DNA of 64,000 bases from an uncultured Candidatus Saccharibacteria bacterium (GTDB lineage Bacteria; Patescibacteriota; Minisyncoccia; Phycocordibacterales; UBA918), in the NCBI GenBank assembly GCA_964638425.1, contig CAZWYM010000003.1, positions 16,289 to 80,288 on the forward strand. Direction: 5' to 3'. The translations under genes and the position numbers were made by a program. Below the pieces are notes generated by a model that saw only the letters and a program-made list of their open reading frames with translations, was not told where the DNA came from and made no database searches. Of this stretch, positions 19,843 to 30,176 are shown one piece after another (positions within the stretch are counted from its first letter, which is position 1; every line of letters begins with the position of its first letter).

Positions 19843-21183
19843 ATGGCACAAAAATGGAATCTACAGGACATCCGACCAGCCGGTACTGAGAAAACGGCAC
19901 CCCGTGGAGTTGCCCCTGTGCGAAAATCTCAAGACATTGCTCCTCGGCAAATGCGTGAACCAGAACAGCCAATAATGGCAGATCCCGACCTCGCAAGTAT
20001 CGACGTCATCGATGGAAACAGCGTTAAGCGAAAGCGAGTATTCGCTACAACGATTACAGCGCTCATTATCTTTGGGATTGGTTTTTTTGTGAATGTACTG
20101 CTCGGAGGAGCAGAGGTCATCGTTAACCCTCGAATGAAGGATGTTTCTGTGCAGGCCGATATTACCGCATATACAAAGCCTCAGGTAGGCGAACTCGGGT
20201 ATGAGTTACTCACGCTAAGTGATTCCGGAGAAAAGCAGGTTAAAGCAACAGGAAAAGAGACGGTATCACTCCGCTCAGAAGGTAAAATTTTCGTATACAA
20301 CACAAAAAGCACCTCACCCCAAAGGCTCATCAAAAACACACGTTTTGAATCAGCAGATGGTCTTATTTTCCGTATTAAGGAATCAATTGAAGTTCCACCA
20401 GTGAGCAAAGACGCGAAGGGTAATCTCGTTCCTGGCTCTGTCGTTGCTGATGTCTTTGCAGACGGAACCGGTGAGCAATATAACCTCCCACCATCACGCT
20501 TTACTGTTCCTGGACTCAAAGGTTCAGAACAATTTGATGCAATTTATGCCGAATCAACAGCTGGATTTACTGGCGGTTTTGAAGGGGAGAAGTACATTAT
20601 CGACGAAAAGGAGCTCGATACCGCAAAACAGGCACTCCATATTGAACTAAGAGACAAACTTATCGCACGTGTACAGGCAGAACGTCCTGCAGGATTTGTC
20701 CTCTACGATGACGCCATTACATTTACCTACACGTCACTTCCAGCAACAGAATACGGTGAATCTCTCGCAACAATCAAAGAAGAAGCACGACTTCAAGTAC
20801 CCATGTTCAAAGAACCTGAATTTGCAACATATCTCGCAGAAAAGTCTGTCCCTGACTATGCAGGGGAGCCCGTAACACTCTTTGACCCACTCACACTGAC
20901 ATTTGCATATACTGGGGCAACTACCTCACAGTCAGATATCGGGCAAAATAGTGAACTTGAGTTTACTCTCCAAGGAACAACCAAAATAGTGTGGGAATTC
21001 GACGAAAAAGAGCTACAAACAGCACTTATAGGTAAAAAGAAGACCGAAGCTACTGATGTCTTCTCGAAGTACTCATCGATAAGCCATGCGCAGGCAGAAG
21101 TTCGTCCTTTCTGGAAGACATCATTCCCAAAGACCATTGATGAGATCAAAATCACCACCGTTCTCGACCAAAAAGCACAGTAG
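19843..21183 (+). CDS. Membrane-anchored protein with baseplate J/gp47-like domain
   Basis: LQDI N-terminus, TM, ATG..G.I..YN, TRF, A...GEQYN, FTGG. Confidence 0.6.
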   Translation: MAQKWNLQDIRPAGTEKTAPRGVAPVRKSQDIAPRQMREPEQPIMADPDLASIDVIDGNSVKRKRVFATTITALIIFGIGFFVNVLLGGAEVIVNPRMKDVSVQADITAYTKPQVGELGYELLTLSDSGEKQVKATGKETVSLRSEGKIFVYNTKSTSPQRLIKNTRFESADGLIFRIKESIEVPPVSKDAKGNLVPGSVVADVFADGTGEQYNLPPSRFTVPGLKGSEQFDAIYAESTAGFTGGFEGEKYIIDEKELDTAKQALHIELRDKLIARVQAERPAGFVLYDDAITFTYTSLPATEYGESLATIKEEARLQVPMFKEPEFATYLAEKSVPDYAGEPVTLFDPLTLTFAYTGATTSQSDIGQNSELEFTLQGTTKIVWEFDEKELQTALIGKKKTEATDVFSKYSSISHAQAEVRPFWKTSFPKTIDEIKITTVLDQKAQ

Positions 21184-21302
21184 TGGGGAAGCTATACATT
21201 GCGTTAATACGCAATAGGTGCTAAAACTAAGGTACTGTATATGTTGTAAACAAAGCCAGGGTTGACGTCCTTGGTATAGTTTGTTAAACTCACAGACGTT
21301 TG

Positions 21303-21524
21303 ATGCAAGAAAAATCAGACAAAGAAAATCTCGTCTATGGAACGGTAGAGGAGGCGCTCCCTAATGCGCTTTTTCGCGTTTTGCTGGATGGCACAGACAA
21401 GCCTATTGTCACATACCTTTCGGGTAAAATGCGAAAATTTAAAATTCGCGTACTCGTGGGGGATAAGGTTGCGGTAGTTCCTGAACCTTACGGTGGGAAA
21501 GCACGCATCGCTAAACGTCTTTAA
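21303..21524 (+). CDS. infA: Translation initiation factor IF-1
   Basis: GTVEEALPNALFRV, YLSGKMR..IRVLVGDKV. Confidence 0.96.
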   Translation: MQEKSDKENLVYGTVEEALPNALFRVLLDGTDKPIVTYLSGKMRKFKIRVLVGDKVAVVPEPYGGKARIAKRL

Positions 21525-21527
21525 ATT

Positions 21528-21644
21528 ATGAAAGTACGATCATCAGTAAAAAAAATAAGTCCCGATGATACTATTGTCCGCCGACGCGGGTATGTGTATG
21601 TTATCAATAAGAAGAAGCCTCGTAACAAACAACGACAAGGATAA
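21528..21644 (+). CDS. rpmJ: 50S ribosomal protein L36 (zinc-free type; not in ORF track)
   Basis: Hand translation [38 protein letters not shown]. Confidence 0.95.
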   Translation: MKVRSSVKKISPDDTIVRRRGYVYVINKKKPRNKQRQG

Positions 21645-21646
21645 GT

Positions 21647-22024
21647 ATGAGAATTTCAGGTATTACAATCCCAGATGCAAAGCATCTTGAGTACAGTTTG
21701 ACAGCCGTTTACGGTGTTGGTCATGCTCGTGCTATTTCAATACTCAAAGAACTTAATATTGAACCTCGTAAGAAGGTAACTGACCTTACCACTGATGAGG
21801 AGAATGCAATTCGAGAGAAAGTTGAGTCATTCACTATTGAAGGTGAATTAAAGCGAGAAGTAAGTAGCAATATCAAGCGACTTAAGGATATTCAAGCGTA
21901 TCGTGGTTCACGTCACGCAAAGAGACTTCCAGCACGAGGACAGCGAACGAAGACTAACGCTCGAACGCTTAAAGGTGTTAAGAAGACTATGGGATCTGGA
22001 CGACGTAAGCTTGAGAAAACTTAG
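21647..22024 (+). CDS. rpsM: 30S ribosomal protein S13
   Basis: YRGSRH..LPARGQRTKTNART. Confidence 0.98.
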   Translation: MRISGITIPDAKHLEYSLTAVYGVGHARAISILKELNIEPRKKVTDLTTDEENAIREKVESFTIEGELKREVSSNIKRLKDIQAYRGSRHAKRLPARGQRTKTNARTLKGVKKTMGSGRRKLEKT

Positions 22025-22057
22025 TCTTTTCTCTCATTATTTATTATTGAATGACCT

Positions 22058-22489
22058 ATGGGTAAGAAACGAATCATCAAAAAAGGAGGGGGAAGCGATG
22101 CAAGCTCAACATCACGAGCACTTGCACGTATTCCAAAGAAAAAGGTTGCCATCGGCACGCTCAACATTCTTGCAACATTTAATAACACTATCGTTACCCT
22201 CTGTGATAATCACGGTAACACTCTTATTTCAGCATCAAGCGGAACTCTTGGCTTCAAGGGCTCTCGTAAGAGCACACCTTTTGCAGCTGCAAAGGTTGGA
22301 GAGATTATTGGGGACAAGGCAAATCAAATGGGTATGAAGGATGCAAACGTAGTTATTCGAGGAATAGGTGCAGGTCGAGAATCTGCATTGCGCGGATTTT
22401 CTGGTAAAGGAATTACCGTAACGAAGATTTCTGACGAAACACCAGTACCACACAACGGTCCACGCCCACCTAAGCCACGAAGAATCTAA
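22058..22489 (+). CDS. rpsK: 30S ribosomal protein S11
   Basis: FNNTIV, KSTPFAA, TPVPHNG. Confidence 0.98.
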   Translation: MGKKRIIKKGGGSDASSTSRALARIPKKKVAIGTLNILATFNNTIVTLCDNHGNTLISASSGTLGFKGSRKSTPFAAAKVGEIIGDKANQMGMKDANVVIRGIGAGRESALRGFSGKGITVTKISDETPVPHNGPRPPKPRRI

Positions 22490-22499
22490 TTATATACAT

Positions 22500-23111
22500 A
22501 TGATAATAGGTCCTAAATACAAAATAGCAAAAAGACTCGGAGCTCCGATTTTTGAGAAGACACAAACTCAAAAGTTTGCTCTTTCTGAGGCTCGTACTGC
22601 ACGAAACAAGAAGGTTCGACGCGGTGGAATGATGTCTGATTACAAGAAGCAACTTCTCGAGAAGCAGAAGATGCGATTTAGCTACGGTATTTCTGAAAAG
22701 CAACTTTCACGATACGTACACGAGTCACTTGAACACGGACACCAGCCAATCGCAGAACTTATCGGACGACTCGAATCACGTCTTGATAACGTTGTGTACC
22801 GACTCGGATTTGCAAAGACACGTCGTCTTGCACGTCAGGTAGTGTCACACGGTCACATCCTTGTGAACGGACGACGACTCAACATTCCTTCATACCGAGT
22901 AAGCATCGGAGATGTCATATCAGTGCGAGAGCAAAGCAAGCAATCTCCACTCTTCGTGACTCTCGATGAGACCCTTGCAGCACATACCCCTTCACACTGG
23001 CTTACCCTCGACGCAAAGAAGCTCGAAGGAGGTAAGGGTGCAGAACCAACATATGAGCCTTCTGAAACTCTTTTCGACCCACAGCAAGTCTTCGAATATT
23101 ACAGTCGATAA
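22500..23111 (+). CDS. rpsD: 30S ribosomal protein S4
   Basis: QLLEKQK, LESRLDNVVYRLG, ARQVVSHGH. Confidence 0.98.
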   Translation: MIIGPKYKIAKRLGAPIFEKTQTQKFALSEARTARNKKVRRGGMMSDYKKQLLEKQKMRFSYGISEKQLSRYVHESLEHGHQPIAELIGRLESRLDNVVYRLGFAKTRRLARQVVSHGHILVNGRRLNIPSYRVSIGDVISVREQSKQSPLFVTLDETLAAHTPSHWLTLDAKKLEGGKGAEPTYEPSETLFDPQQVFEYYSR

Positions 23112-23134
23112 TATTAATAAATAAGTTTAGTATC

Positions 23135-24106
23135 ATGCTTGAAACAAACGTAGCACTACCATCGAAGCCACGAGTTATCAATGAGGAGCAGTTCTCAGGG
23201 ATTTTTGAGATTGATGGACTTTACCCAGGGTACGGTCACACACTTGGAAACTCACTCCGAAGAATTATTCTTTCATCTCTTCCTGGTGCAGCAATCACAC
23301 AGGTTAAAATTGATGGAGTTCAACACGAGTTTTCTACACTTGCTGGTGTTAAAGAGGATGTCATTACACTCCTCCTTAACCTCAAACGAGTTCGTTTGCT
23401 CATGCACAGCGATACACCACTTACACTCACACTCAAGGCTTCAGGTGCACAAGTTGTAACTGCAGCGAGTATCGACGCTCCAAGCCAAATCACTATTCTT
23501 AACCCTGAGCAAAAGATTGCTGAGATTACAGAAAAGGGAACAACACTCAACATTGAAATCACTGTTGAACACGGTCTTGGATATGTACCTCGAGAAATTC
23601 ACCAGAAGGACAAGGTTGATATTGGAACAATTGCACTTGATGCAGTTTTCACACCAATCCGACGTGTAAACTACGAAGTAGAGAACATGCGTGTTGGTGA
23701 CCGAACAGATTACAACCGACTCCGAGTATTCATCGAGACTGATGGAACACTTACTCCACGAGCAGCACTTGAGAACTCAATCGAGATTATGGTTCACCAG
23801 CTCAAGGCTATCATTGGATTCCAAGAGCCAGTTGCATCAGCAGTGTTTGCAGATGCAGAAGGAAGTGATGCATCATCAAGCGACGATGCAGAAGTAGTCG
23901 ATGCTGATGTTCTTAAGACTCGAATTGAGACTATTGAACTTTCAACACGAACACAAAACGCACTTGAAGCAGCCAACATCCGAACCGTTGGGGGGCTTGT
24001 GCGTAAGAAGAAAGATGATATTCTAGCCCTCGAAGGTATGGGTCCAAAGGGTCTTGAAGAACTTGAGACTATCCTTGGCCGAATGAACTTAGGATTTAAA
24101 GAGTAA
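23135..24106 (+). CDS. rpoA: RNA polymerase alpha subunit
   Basis: GYGHTLGNSLRRIILSSLPG, DAVFTPI, alpha-CTD LSTRTQNAL. Confidence 0.98.
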   Translation: MLETNVALPSKPRVINEEQFSGIFEIDGLYPGYGHTLGNSLRRIILSSLPGAAITQVKIDGVQHEFSTLAGVKEDVITLLLNLKRVRLLMHSDTPLTLTLKASGAQVVTAASIDAPSQITILNPEQKIAEITEKGTTLNIEITVEHGLGYVPREIHQKDKVDIGTIALDAVFTPIRRVNYEVENMRVGDRTDYNRLRVFIETDGTLTPRAALENSIEIMVHQLKAIIGFQEPVASAVFADAEGSDASSSDDAEVVDADVLKTRIETIELSTRTQNALEAANIRTVGGLVRKKKDDILALEGMGPKGLEELETILGRMNLGFKE

Positions 24107-24107
24107 T

Positions 24108-24461
24108 ATGCGACACCACAATCAAAACAGAACATTGGGACGATCTCGAAGCCAGCGAACGGCGCTCCTTCGTGGTCTCGCACTGTCTCTCATAGAGCAC
24201 GGACGAATTCAGACTACCGAAGCTAAAGCAAAGGAGCTTCGTCCGTATGTAGAAAAACTAATCACAAAGGGAAAGGAGGGGACTATCGCAGCACGACGTC
24301 TTGTTATGAGTAACCTCGGTGAGCCACATACAGACCTCGTTAAGAAGCTTTTTGATGACGTTGCAAAGCGATACACAGAAAGAAACGGTGGCTACACACG
24401 AATTATTAAGCTTGGTGAAACACCTGCAGGACGACGAGAAGCGTATATTGAACTTGTATAA
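24108..24461 (+). CDS. rplQ: 50S ribosomal protein L17
   Basis: MRH..LGR, TTEAKAKE, RNGGYTRI. Confidence 0.98.
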   Translation: MRHHNQNRTLGRSRSQRTALLRGLALSLIEHGRIQTTEAKAKELRPYVEKLITKGKEGTIAARRLVMSNLGEPHTDLVKKLFDDVAKRYTERNGGYTRIIKLGETPAGRREAYIELV

Positions 24462-24466
24462 ATTAT

Positions 24467-24817
24467 ATGGAAAAGAAAGAATACATCATTGATGCAACAA
24501 ACAAGCGACTCGGTCGTGTAGCTACTGAGGCTGCATCAGTTCTTCTTGGTAAGAACACAACAAATTTCGCTAAGAATGTTGTTGAGCCTGTAGTAGTGAA
24601 AATCACTAATGCAAAGCTTCTCGATATTAGTGAAAAGCGTGCAACTGAAGAGTTCCAGAACTACTCAGGATACCCAGGAGGTCGTCGTGTTGAAACACTT
24701 GGACACCTTGGTGAACGACGTGGGTACGGAGAGGTTGTTCGAAGAGTTGTTGCAGGAATGATTCCAAAGAACAAGCTACATTCACCTCGAATGCTTAACC
24801 TCGAAGTAACTGAATAA
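24467..24817 (+). CDS. rplM: 50S ribosomal protein L13 (short)
   Basis: IDA..LGR.A, SGYPGG, GMIPKN. Confidence 0.95.
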   Translation: MEKKEYIIDATNKRLGRVATEAASVLLGKNTTNFAKNVVEPVVVKITNAKLLDISEKRATEEFQNYSGYPGGRRVETLGHLGERRGYGEVVRRVVAGMIPKNKLHSPRMLNLEVTE

Positions 24818-24831
24818 TTATTTAATTTTAT

Positions 24832-25233
24832 ATGGAAACGAAACAATACGTAGAAGGCATTGGACGACGAAAGACAGCGACAGCGCGTGTTCGTATCACA
24901 AAGGCGAAAGAATCTCGCGTCATCGTGAACGACCAGCCAATCGCTGAGTATTTCTACGCATCAACTCTTCAGAAAAATATTATTTCAGTACTCGAAACAG
25001 AAAACGCAGGTATTGAGCACTACGAGGTAAGTGCAAAGGTACAAGGAGGTGGACTCAGTTCACAATCAGATGCAATCAAACTCGGTATTGCACGAGCACT
25101 TGTGAAGGAGAAGGCAGATCGACGTATTCCTCTCAAACGAGCAGGATACCTCAAGCGAGATCCACGTGCAGTGGAACGAAAGAAGTTCGGTCTCAAAAAA
25201 GCACGACGCCGCCCACAATGGTCAAAGCGCTAG
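24832..25233 (+). CDS. rpsI: 30S ribosomal protein S9
   Basis: GRRKTATARV, GGG..Q, ERKKFGLKKARRRPQWSKR. Confidence 0.98.
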   Translation: METKQYVEGIGRRKTATARVRITKAKESRVIVNDQPIAEYFYASTLQKNIISVLETENAGIEHYEVSAKVQGGGLSSQSDAIKLGIARALVKEKADRRIPLKRAGYLKRDPRAVERKKFGLKKARRRPQWSKR

Positions 25234-25234
25234 T

Positions 25235-25262
25235 AAAAAGGCTCCACTACGGAGCCTTTTTT
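25235..25262 (+). terminator. Intrinsic terminator of ribosomal operon
   Basis: AAAAAGGCTCC-ACTAC-GGAGCCTTTTTT. Confidence 0.88.
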
Positions 25263-25266
25263 CGCG

Positions 25267-25530
25267 CTTTGAAGTCGGAGACATGTTTCTGCTATTCATA
25301 ATGCAGAAACGGTCGAGACGAGGTCGAAGAGTGCTTAATGTAATCAAGACAAAGTCTCTGATTGCATTTAGCAACTCGTGACCAAACGATAATTTTAAGA
25401 AAAGAGCCCCCTTCGGGCTCTTTTCTTATCTCTTTGAAGTCGGAGACATGTGGCCAGAAAATAAGGAGCGCGAGCAACTATATTCTCTGAGCCTGTCTTA
25501 AAATCCTATTCATAATGGATTTTAAGACGA
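25267..25530. repeat. Two-unit structured intergenic repeat
   Basis: CTTTGAAGTCGGAGACATGT at 25267-25286 and 25432-25451, each after a terminator-like hairpin; CTATTCATAATG at 25292 and 25506, each capping a different stem. Confidence 0.8.
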
Positions 25531-25583
25531 AAGCTATTCAAAACAAAAACAAACCCCCTGCAAACTTCGCAGAGGGTTTTATA

Positions 25584-26102
25584 TTACTTCTCAAACAGAT
25601 CTTTTTGACCACTTTTTCCACGACGCACAGTATCAAGATACGCCAACACATCTACCAACTTAAAGTGCTCCGAAACCTTAATGAAGGTAATCGGAATTGA
25701 TTGAAGGTTTTTGTGCATGAGTCGCACGACAACTACATACCGCACTCCGGCCAAGGTTTCATACGGCAATTTCCGAGCAACAGACTCAACGGTCGATATG
25801 TCTTTTGGGTCGGCTTCCTGGGTACCAGCGGTTACAAAACGCACAGCATGATCAAAAATTTTCCAATTTCTAAAATCAGAACCTTTAGGATGTACTGTAC
25901 CAACCACTCTGCCTCCAAACCCAATAAAGAAACCGTAACTATCATAGGGATGTTCTACTCCATGAATAAGTCCACATTGCGTTTCTTGTACATTATCAGG
26001 CCCAAGCTCCAACATCTGCACTGAAGTTGCTTTTGGCATCAATGGGTGCAAATCTTTGACCCATGGATACTCTCTAAATAGTGCTTCAACTTTCGCAGTC
26101 AT
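25584..26102 (-). CDS. Hypothetical protein
   Basis: 172 aa with AAGGAG SD and terminator-like hairpin at ~25550-25580. Confidence 0.65.
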   Translation of the reverse strand: MTAKVEALFREYPWVKDLHPLMPKATSVQMLELGPDNVQETQCGLIHGVEHPYDSYGFFIGFGGRVVGTVHPKGSDFRNWKIFDHAVRFVTAGTQEADPKDISTVESVARKLPYETLAGVRYVVVVRLMHKNLQSIPITFIKVSEHFKLVDVLAYLDTVRRGKSGQKDLFEK

Positions 26103-26248
26103 GTACCTTCTCCTTTACATTCAAAGAACAACAAAATAAAGGTACCCAAATGGATACCAAATACGCATAGCAAATACTCTGGTGAAAGAGTAGCATAGAT
26201 AGAATATTTTTGTCGAATGCAGGGGGCGATGCGCTGAAAGGTCTGACT

Positions 26249-26277
26249 TTGACAGACACTAAAAGTGGCTGTATAAT
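26249..26277 (+). promoter_or_regulatory. Consensus sigma-70 promoter of grpE-dnaK-dnaJ
   Basis: TTGACA-17 nt-TATAAT, 9 nt before grpE ATG. Confidence 0.85.
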
Positions 26278-26286
26278 GCTCAAACT

Positions 26287-26871
26287 ATGGTAGAAAACAG
26301 CAATGTACATGACGAAAACGAAGTCTACGAAGCAGAGGAAGACCTCACACTGAGCGAGGAACTCGATGCGGAAGGAGAGGAAATGAACATCAAGGAGAAG
26401 CTCAAAAAGTTACGCGAAAAATTATCGGCCTGCGAATCTGAGAAGAAAGCCCACCTCGATGACCTCCAGAGAGTACGCGCCGATTTCCTCAACAGCAAAC
26501 GGAGACTCGAGGAACAACTCGCTCGCGATAAGGAACGAGCGACCGATAAAATCCTCATGGAACTTATTTCCCTCGTTGATAGTTTTGATACCGCAATGGC
26601 AGACAAAGCGCTCTGGGGAACAATCGACGAACGGTGGCGGAAGGGGGTAGAGGCGATACACACAAATCTTCTTTCCATCTTCAGAAACAACAACGTGACG
26701 ACTCTCGACCCACTCGGGGAACACTTCAATCCAGAAGAACATGAAGCAGTATCAAGTACAGAAGTAACCGACCCGGAAGAAGTTGATACCGTCACCGTTG
26801 TATTCCAGAAGGGGTTCAAACGAAATAACACCATCATCAGACATGCAAAAGTGGCCGTTGGAACAAAGTAG
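26287..26871 (+). CDS. grpE: Nucleotide exchange factor GrpE
   Basis: RADFLNSKRR, FNPEEHEAV, QKGF..IIRHAKV. Confidence 0.95.
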   Translation: MVENSNVHDENEVYEAEEDLTLSEELDAEGEEMNIKEKLKKLREKLSACESEKKAHLDDLQRVRADFLNSKRRLEEQLARDKERATDKILMELISLVDSFDTAMADKALWGTIDERWRKGVEAIHTNLLSIFRNNNVTTLDPLGEHFNPEEHEAVSSTEVTDPEEVDTVTVVFQKGFKRNNTIIRHAKVAVGTK

Positions 26872-26917
26872 CATTTATTTTATTTACCACATTAACATTT
26901 AAATTCATCACAATATT

Positions 26918-28819
26918 ATGGCAAAAATTCTTGGCATCGATTTAGGAACAACAAACTCAGCAGTCGCTATCATTGAAGGTGGTGAACCGATCATCATCGA
27001 AAATGCTGAAGGCAACCGAACAACTCCGTCAGTTGTTGCTATCTCAAAGACTGGTGAACGACTCGTTGGTCAGATTGCCAAACGACAATCTGTAACGAAC
27101 CCAAAAAATACCATCTACGGTATCAAGCGATTCATGGGTCACAACTTTGATGAAAGTGCAGTTCAGAGCGACAAGGGCATCGTGCCATACGAAGTCAAAA
27201 AGGGAACAGACGGTGGTGTGGTCATTCATATGGGTGAAAAAGACCATCGACCTGAGGAAGTGTCTGCGATGATTCTTTCGAAGCTTAAAGCTGATGCAGA
27301 GGCAAAACTCGGTGAAAAAATCACTGAAGCAGTTATTACTGTACCTGCATATTTCAACGACGCACAGCGTAAGGCAACGCAAGACGCAGGAAAGATTGCT
27401 GGTCTCGATGTAAAGCGAATCATCAATGAGCCAACAGCCGCAGCACTCGCATACGGTTTCAATAAAAAAAATGAAGAGAAAATTGTTGTCTACGACTTCG
27501 GAGGAGGAACATTCGATGTGACTGTACTCGAAGTTGGTGACGGAGTCATTGAAGTGCAATCTACAGACGGAGATGCACACATGGGAGGGCGCGACATCGA
27601 CCAGCAAATCGTACGCCACCTTATTGCAGAATTTAAAAAGTCAGAAGGTATCGATCTCGGCAACGACCCACTCGCGCTTCAACGACTCGATGAAGCCGCA
27701 GAAAAGGCAAAGCATGAGCTTTCTTCTTCTGGAAACGCAGAAATCAACATTCCATTCATTACTTCAGATGCAAATGGTCCAAAGCATATGATGCATACAC
27801 TCACACGCGCAAAGCTCGAAGAGCTTGCAAGTGAGTACATCGACCGCTCAATCGAAATCACCAAGCGAGCACTCGAAGCGTCAGGACTCAAGAAGGAGGA
27901 AATTGACGAGATTATCCTCGTAGGAGGACAAACACGTATGCCACGTATCGTTGAACGGGTGAAAGAACTCTTCGGAAAGGAGCCAAACAAGTCAGTAAAC
28001 CCAGACGAGGTGGTAGCACTTGGAGCTGCTATTCAAGCAGGTATTTTCCAAGGAGACATCCATGACATCACACTCGTTGACGTAATCCCACTTTCACTCG
28101 GTATCGAGACTATGGGAGGTGTTTCTACAAAGCTTATTGAGAAGAACACACACATCCCAACAAAGCGTGACCAAGTATTCTCAACCGCCGCAGACAACCA
28201 AACGTCAGTAGAGATTCATATCACTCAAGGAGAACGTGGAATGGCTGCAGACAACAAGTCACTTGGACGATTCATCCTCGACGGAATCCCACCAGCTCCA
28301 CGTGGTATGCCACAAGTCGAAGTTATCTTTGATGTTGACTCAAACGGTGTACTCAATGTAATCGCAAAAGACAAATCAACCGGCAAAGAACAAAAGATTC
28401 GTATCGAAGCAAACTCAGGACTCACTCCAGAAGATATTGAGCGCATGAAGAACGATGCAGAGGCTCATGCAGATGAAGACCTCAAGAAGAAAGAGTTAGT
28501 TGAAACACGAAATCTCGCAGACCAACTCATCTACACTGCAGAAAAGTCACTTACCGATCACAAAGATAAAATTTCTGAAGAACTAAAGACTTCTGTTGAA
28601 GAAAAGGTAAAGGCACTTCGCGAAGTAAAGGATAAAGACGACGTTGAAGCAATCAAGACAAAGACACAAGAACTCAGTTCTGAGGTGCAAAAGATTGGAG
28701 AGGCAATGCAACAGCAACCAGCAGGTGAGACTGCAGGCCAGCCAGGAGGAACACAAGATAATGGCGGAATGCGTGATGCAGAAGTGAAGGAAGACGAAAA
28801 CAAGACAAACGAAGGCTAA
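26918..28819 (+). CDS. dnaK: Chaperone DnaK
   Basis: [32 protein letters not shown]. Confidence 0.99.
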   Translation: MAKILGIDLGTTNSAVAIIEGGEPIIIENAEGNRTTPSVVAISKTGERLVGQIAKRQSVTNPKNTIYGIKRFMGHNFDESAVQSDKGIVPYEVKKGTDGGVVIHMGEKDHRPEEVSAMILSKLKADAEAKLGEKITEAVITVPAYFNDAQRKATQDAGKIAGLDVKRIINEPTAAALAYGFNKKNEEKIVVYDFGGGTFDVTVLEVGDGVIEVQSTDGDAHMGGRDIDQQIVRHLIAEFKKSEGIDLGNDPLALQRLDEAAEKAKHELSSSGNAEINIPFITSDANGPKHMMHTLTRAKLEELASEYIDRSIEITKRALEASGLKKEEIDEIILVGGQTRMPRIVERVKELFGKEPNKSVNPDEVVALGAAIQAGIFQGDIHDITLVDVIPLSLGIETMGGVSTKLIEKNTHIPTKRDQVFSTAADNQTSVEIHITQGERGMAADNKSLGRFILDGIPPAPRGMPQVEVIFDVDSNGVLNVIAKDKSTGKEQKIRIEANSGLTPEDIERMKNDAEAHADEDLKKKELVETRNLADQLIYTAEKSLTDHKDKISEELKTSVEEKVKALREVKDKDDVEAIKTKTQELSSEVQKIGEAMQQQPAGETAGQPGGTQDNGGMRDAEVKEDENKTNEG

Positions 28820-28862
28820 GGAGGTACTATACAAGGACTTTTAACCAAGCCCGAACCCAACT

Positions 28863-29933
28863 ATGAAAAACTACTACGAAATTCTCGGCATTGAAAAAAA
28901 TGCGACAAAAGATGAGGTGAAAAAGGCTTTTCGTAAGTTAGCATCTAAGTACCACCCAGACAAAAAGACGGGTGATGAAGAAAAGTTCAAGGAAATCAGT
29001 GAAGCATACTCAACGCTCAGTGATGACAAGAAGCGTGCAGAATACGACACCTATGGTCGTTCATACGCAGGAGGAGGACAGCAGCAGAATGCGCAGTGGG
29101 GAGGCTTCCAAGGTGGTTTTGGAGGAGCTGGCGTTGAGTTCGACATCAATGACATCTTCGAAAACTTCGGAGACATTTTCGGTGGAGGAGGACGCGGAGG
29201 AAATCAGCGAAACGCTCGTGGTAACGACATCTCAGTCGACATCGAACTCACCTTCAAAGAGTCTATCTTTGGAACAAAGCGTTCGCTTCGCCTCATGAAG
29301 AACAATACCTGTAGTACCTGTAAGGGTTCAGGTGCAAAGGCGCAATCAGAGATGATTACCTGTACAACGTGTAACGGTAACGGGAAAATCCGCGAGACAC
29401 GCCAGAGTATCCTTGGGCAATTTGCTACCGTACGAGAATGTTCTGTATGTAGTGGTACAGGCAAGGTACCTAAGGAGAAGTGTGCAGATTGTAACGGAGT
29501 AGGTATAAAGCGAACCGAAGAAACTATCGACATCCAAGTTCCAGCAGGAATTGAACCAGGTGAAATGATACGCATGACTGGACGAGGTGAGGGTATCAAG
29601 GGAGGTACTCCGGGCGACCTCTACATCAAGGTTCATGTACAGCGACATGCAACCATTCAACGAAACGATAGTACTCTCGGAAGTACACTACGCGTAAAGC
29701 TCTCTGACGCACTTCTTGGAGGCACATACGGAGTCGAGACACTCGATGGTATCGTCAACATTAAAATCCCTGAAGGAGTGAAGCATGGAGAAATCTTACG
29801 CATTAAAGGGAAGGGTGTGCCGGTAGGCTCATCTCGTGGAGATTTCCATGTCACTATCTCAATCGACATTCCACAGAAGCTTTCTAAGACAGCCCGCAAA
29901 CTCGTAGAGGAGCTTCGCGGAGAAGGTATCTAA
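28863..29933 (+). CDS. dnaJ: Chaperone DnaJ
   Basis: HPD, G/F region, four CxxCxGxG repeats. Confidence 0.98.
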   Translation: MKNYYEILGIEKNATKDEVKKAFRKLASKYHPDKKTGDEEKFKEISEAYSTLSDDKKRAEYDTYGRSYAGGGQQQNAQWGGFQGGFGGAGVEFDINDIFENFGDIFGGGGRGGNQRNARGNDISVDIELTFKESIFGTKRSLRLMKNNTCSTCKGSGAKAQSEMITCTTCNGNGKIRETRQSILGQFATVRECSVCSGTGKVPKEKCADCNGVGIKRTEETIDIQVPAGIEPGEMIRMTGRGEGIKGGTPGDLYIKVHVQRHATIQRNDSTLGSTLRVKLSDALLGGTYGVETLDGIVNIKIPEGVKHGEILRIKGKGVPVGSSRGDFHVTISIDIPQKLSKTARKLVEELRGEGI

Positions 29934-29940
29934 ACGAAAA

Positions 29941-30110
29941 TAAAACACGCCTTCGTGTGTTTTTACGTTTAGATAAGCCGGAATGATGCTTTGACTACCC
30001 CTAATGTCAAAGCGAATGAGGCAGGACAGGAGATTCTTAGTAAGCGTAGCGAACTTAGAAATCTGCGTTCAAGCGAGTAAAACCCCCATGACTACGTCAT
30101 GGGGGTTTTC
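29941..30110. repeat. Hairpin-rich intergenic element after dnaJ
   Basis: TAAAACACGC..GTGTGTTTTTA; GCTTTGAC..GTCAAAGC; AAAACCCCCATGAC-TAC-GTCATGGGGGTTTT. Confidence 0.6.
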
Positions 30111-30176
30111 TTAACGTCTCGTGTGTTAGTCACACTCAGTACTAAAATCGAGTACAAAAAAGACTATAATACTCAT

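Noticed and set aside
19843-21183. Prophage or contractile injection system
   Set aside because: No sheath, tube, terminase or integrase genes; housekeeping context
25267-25530. CRISPR array or hammerhead ribozyme
   Set aside because: Only two 20-bp copies 165 bp apart and no cas operon; CTGAGCC..GAAA does not match the hammerhead core CUGANGA
26221-26286. CIRCE element before grpE-dnaK
   Set aside because: No TTAGCACTC-N9-GAGTGCTAA match and no hrcA adjacent
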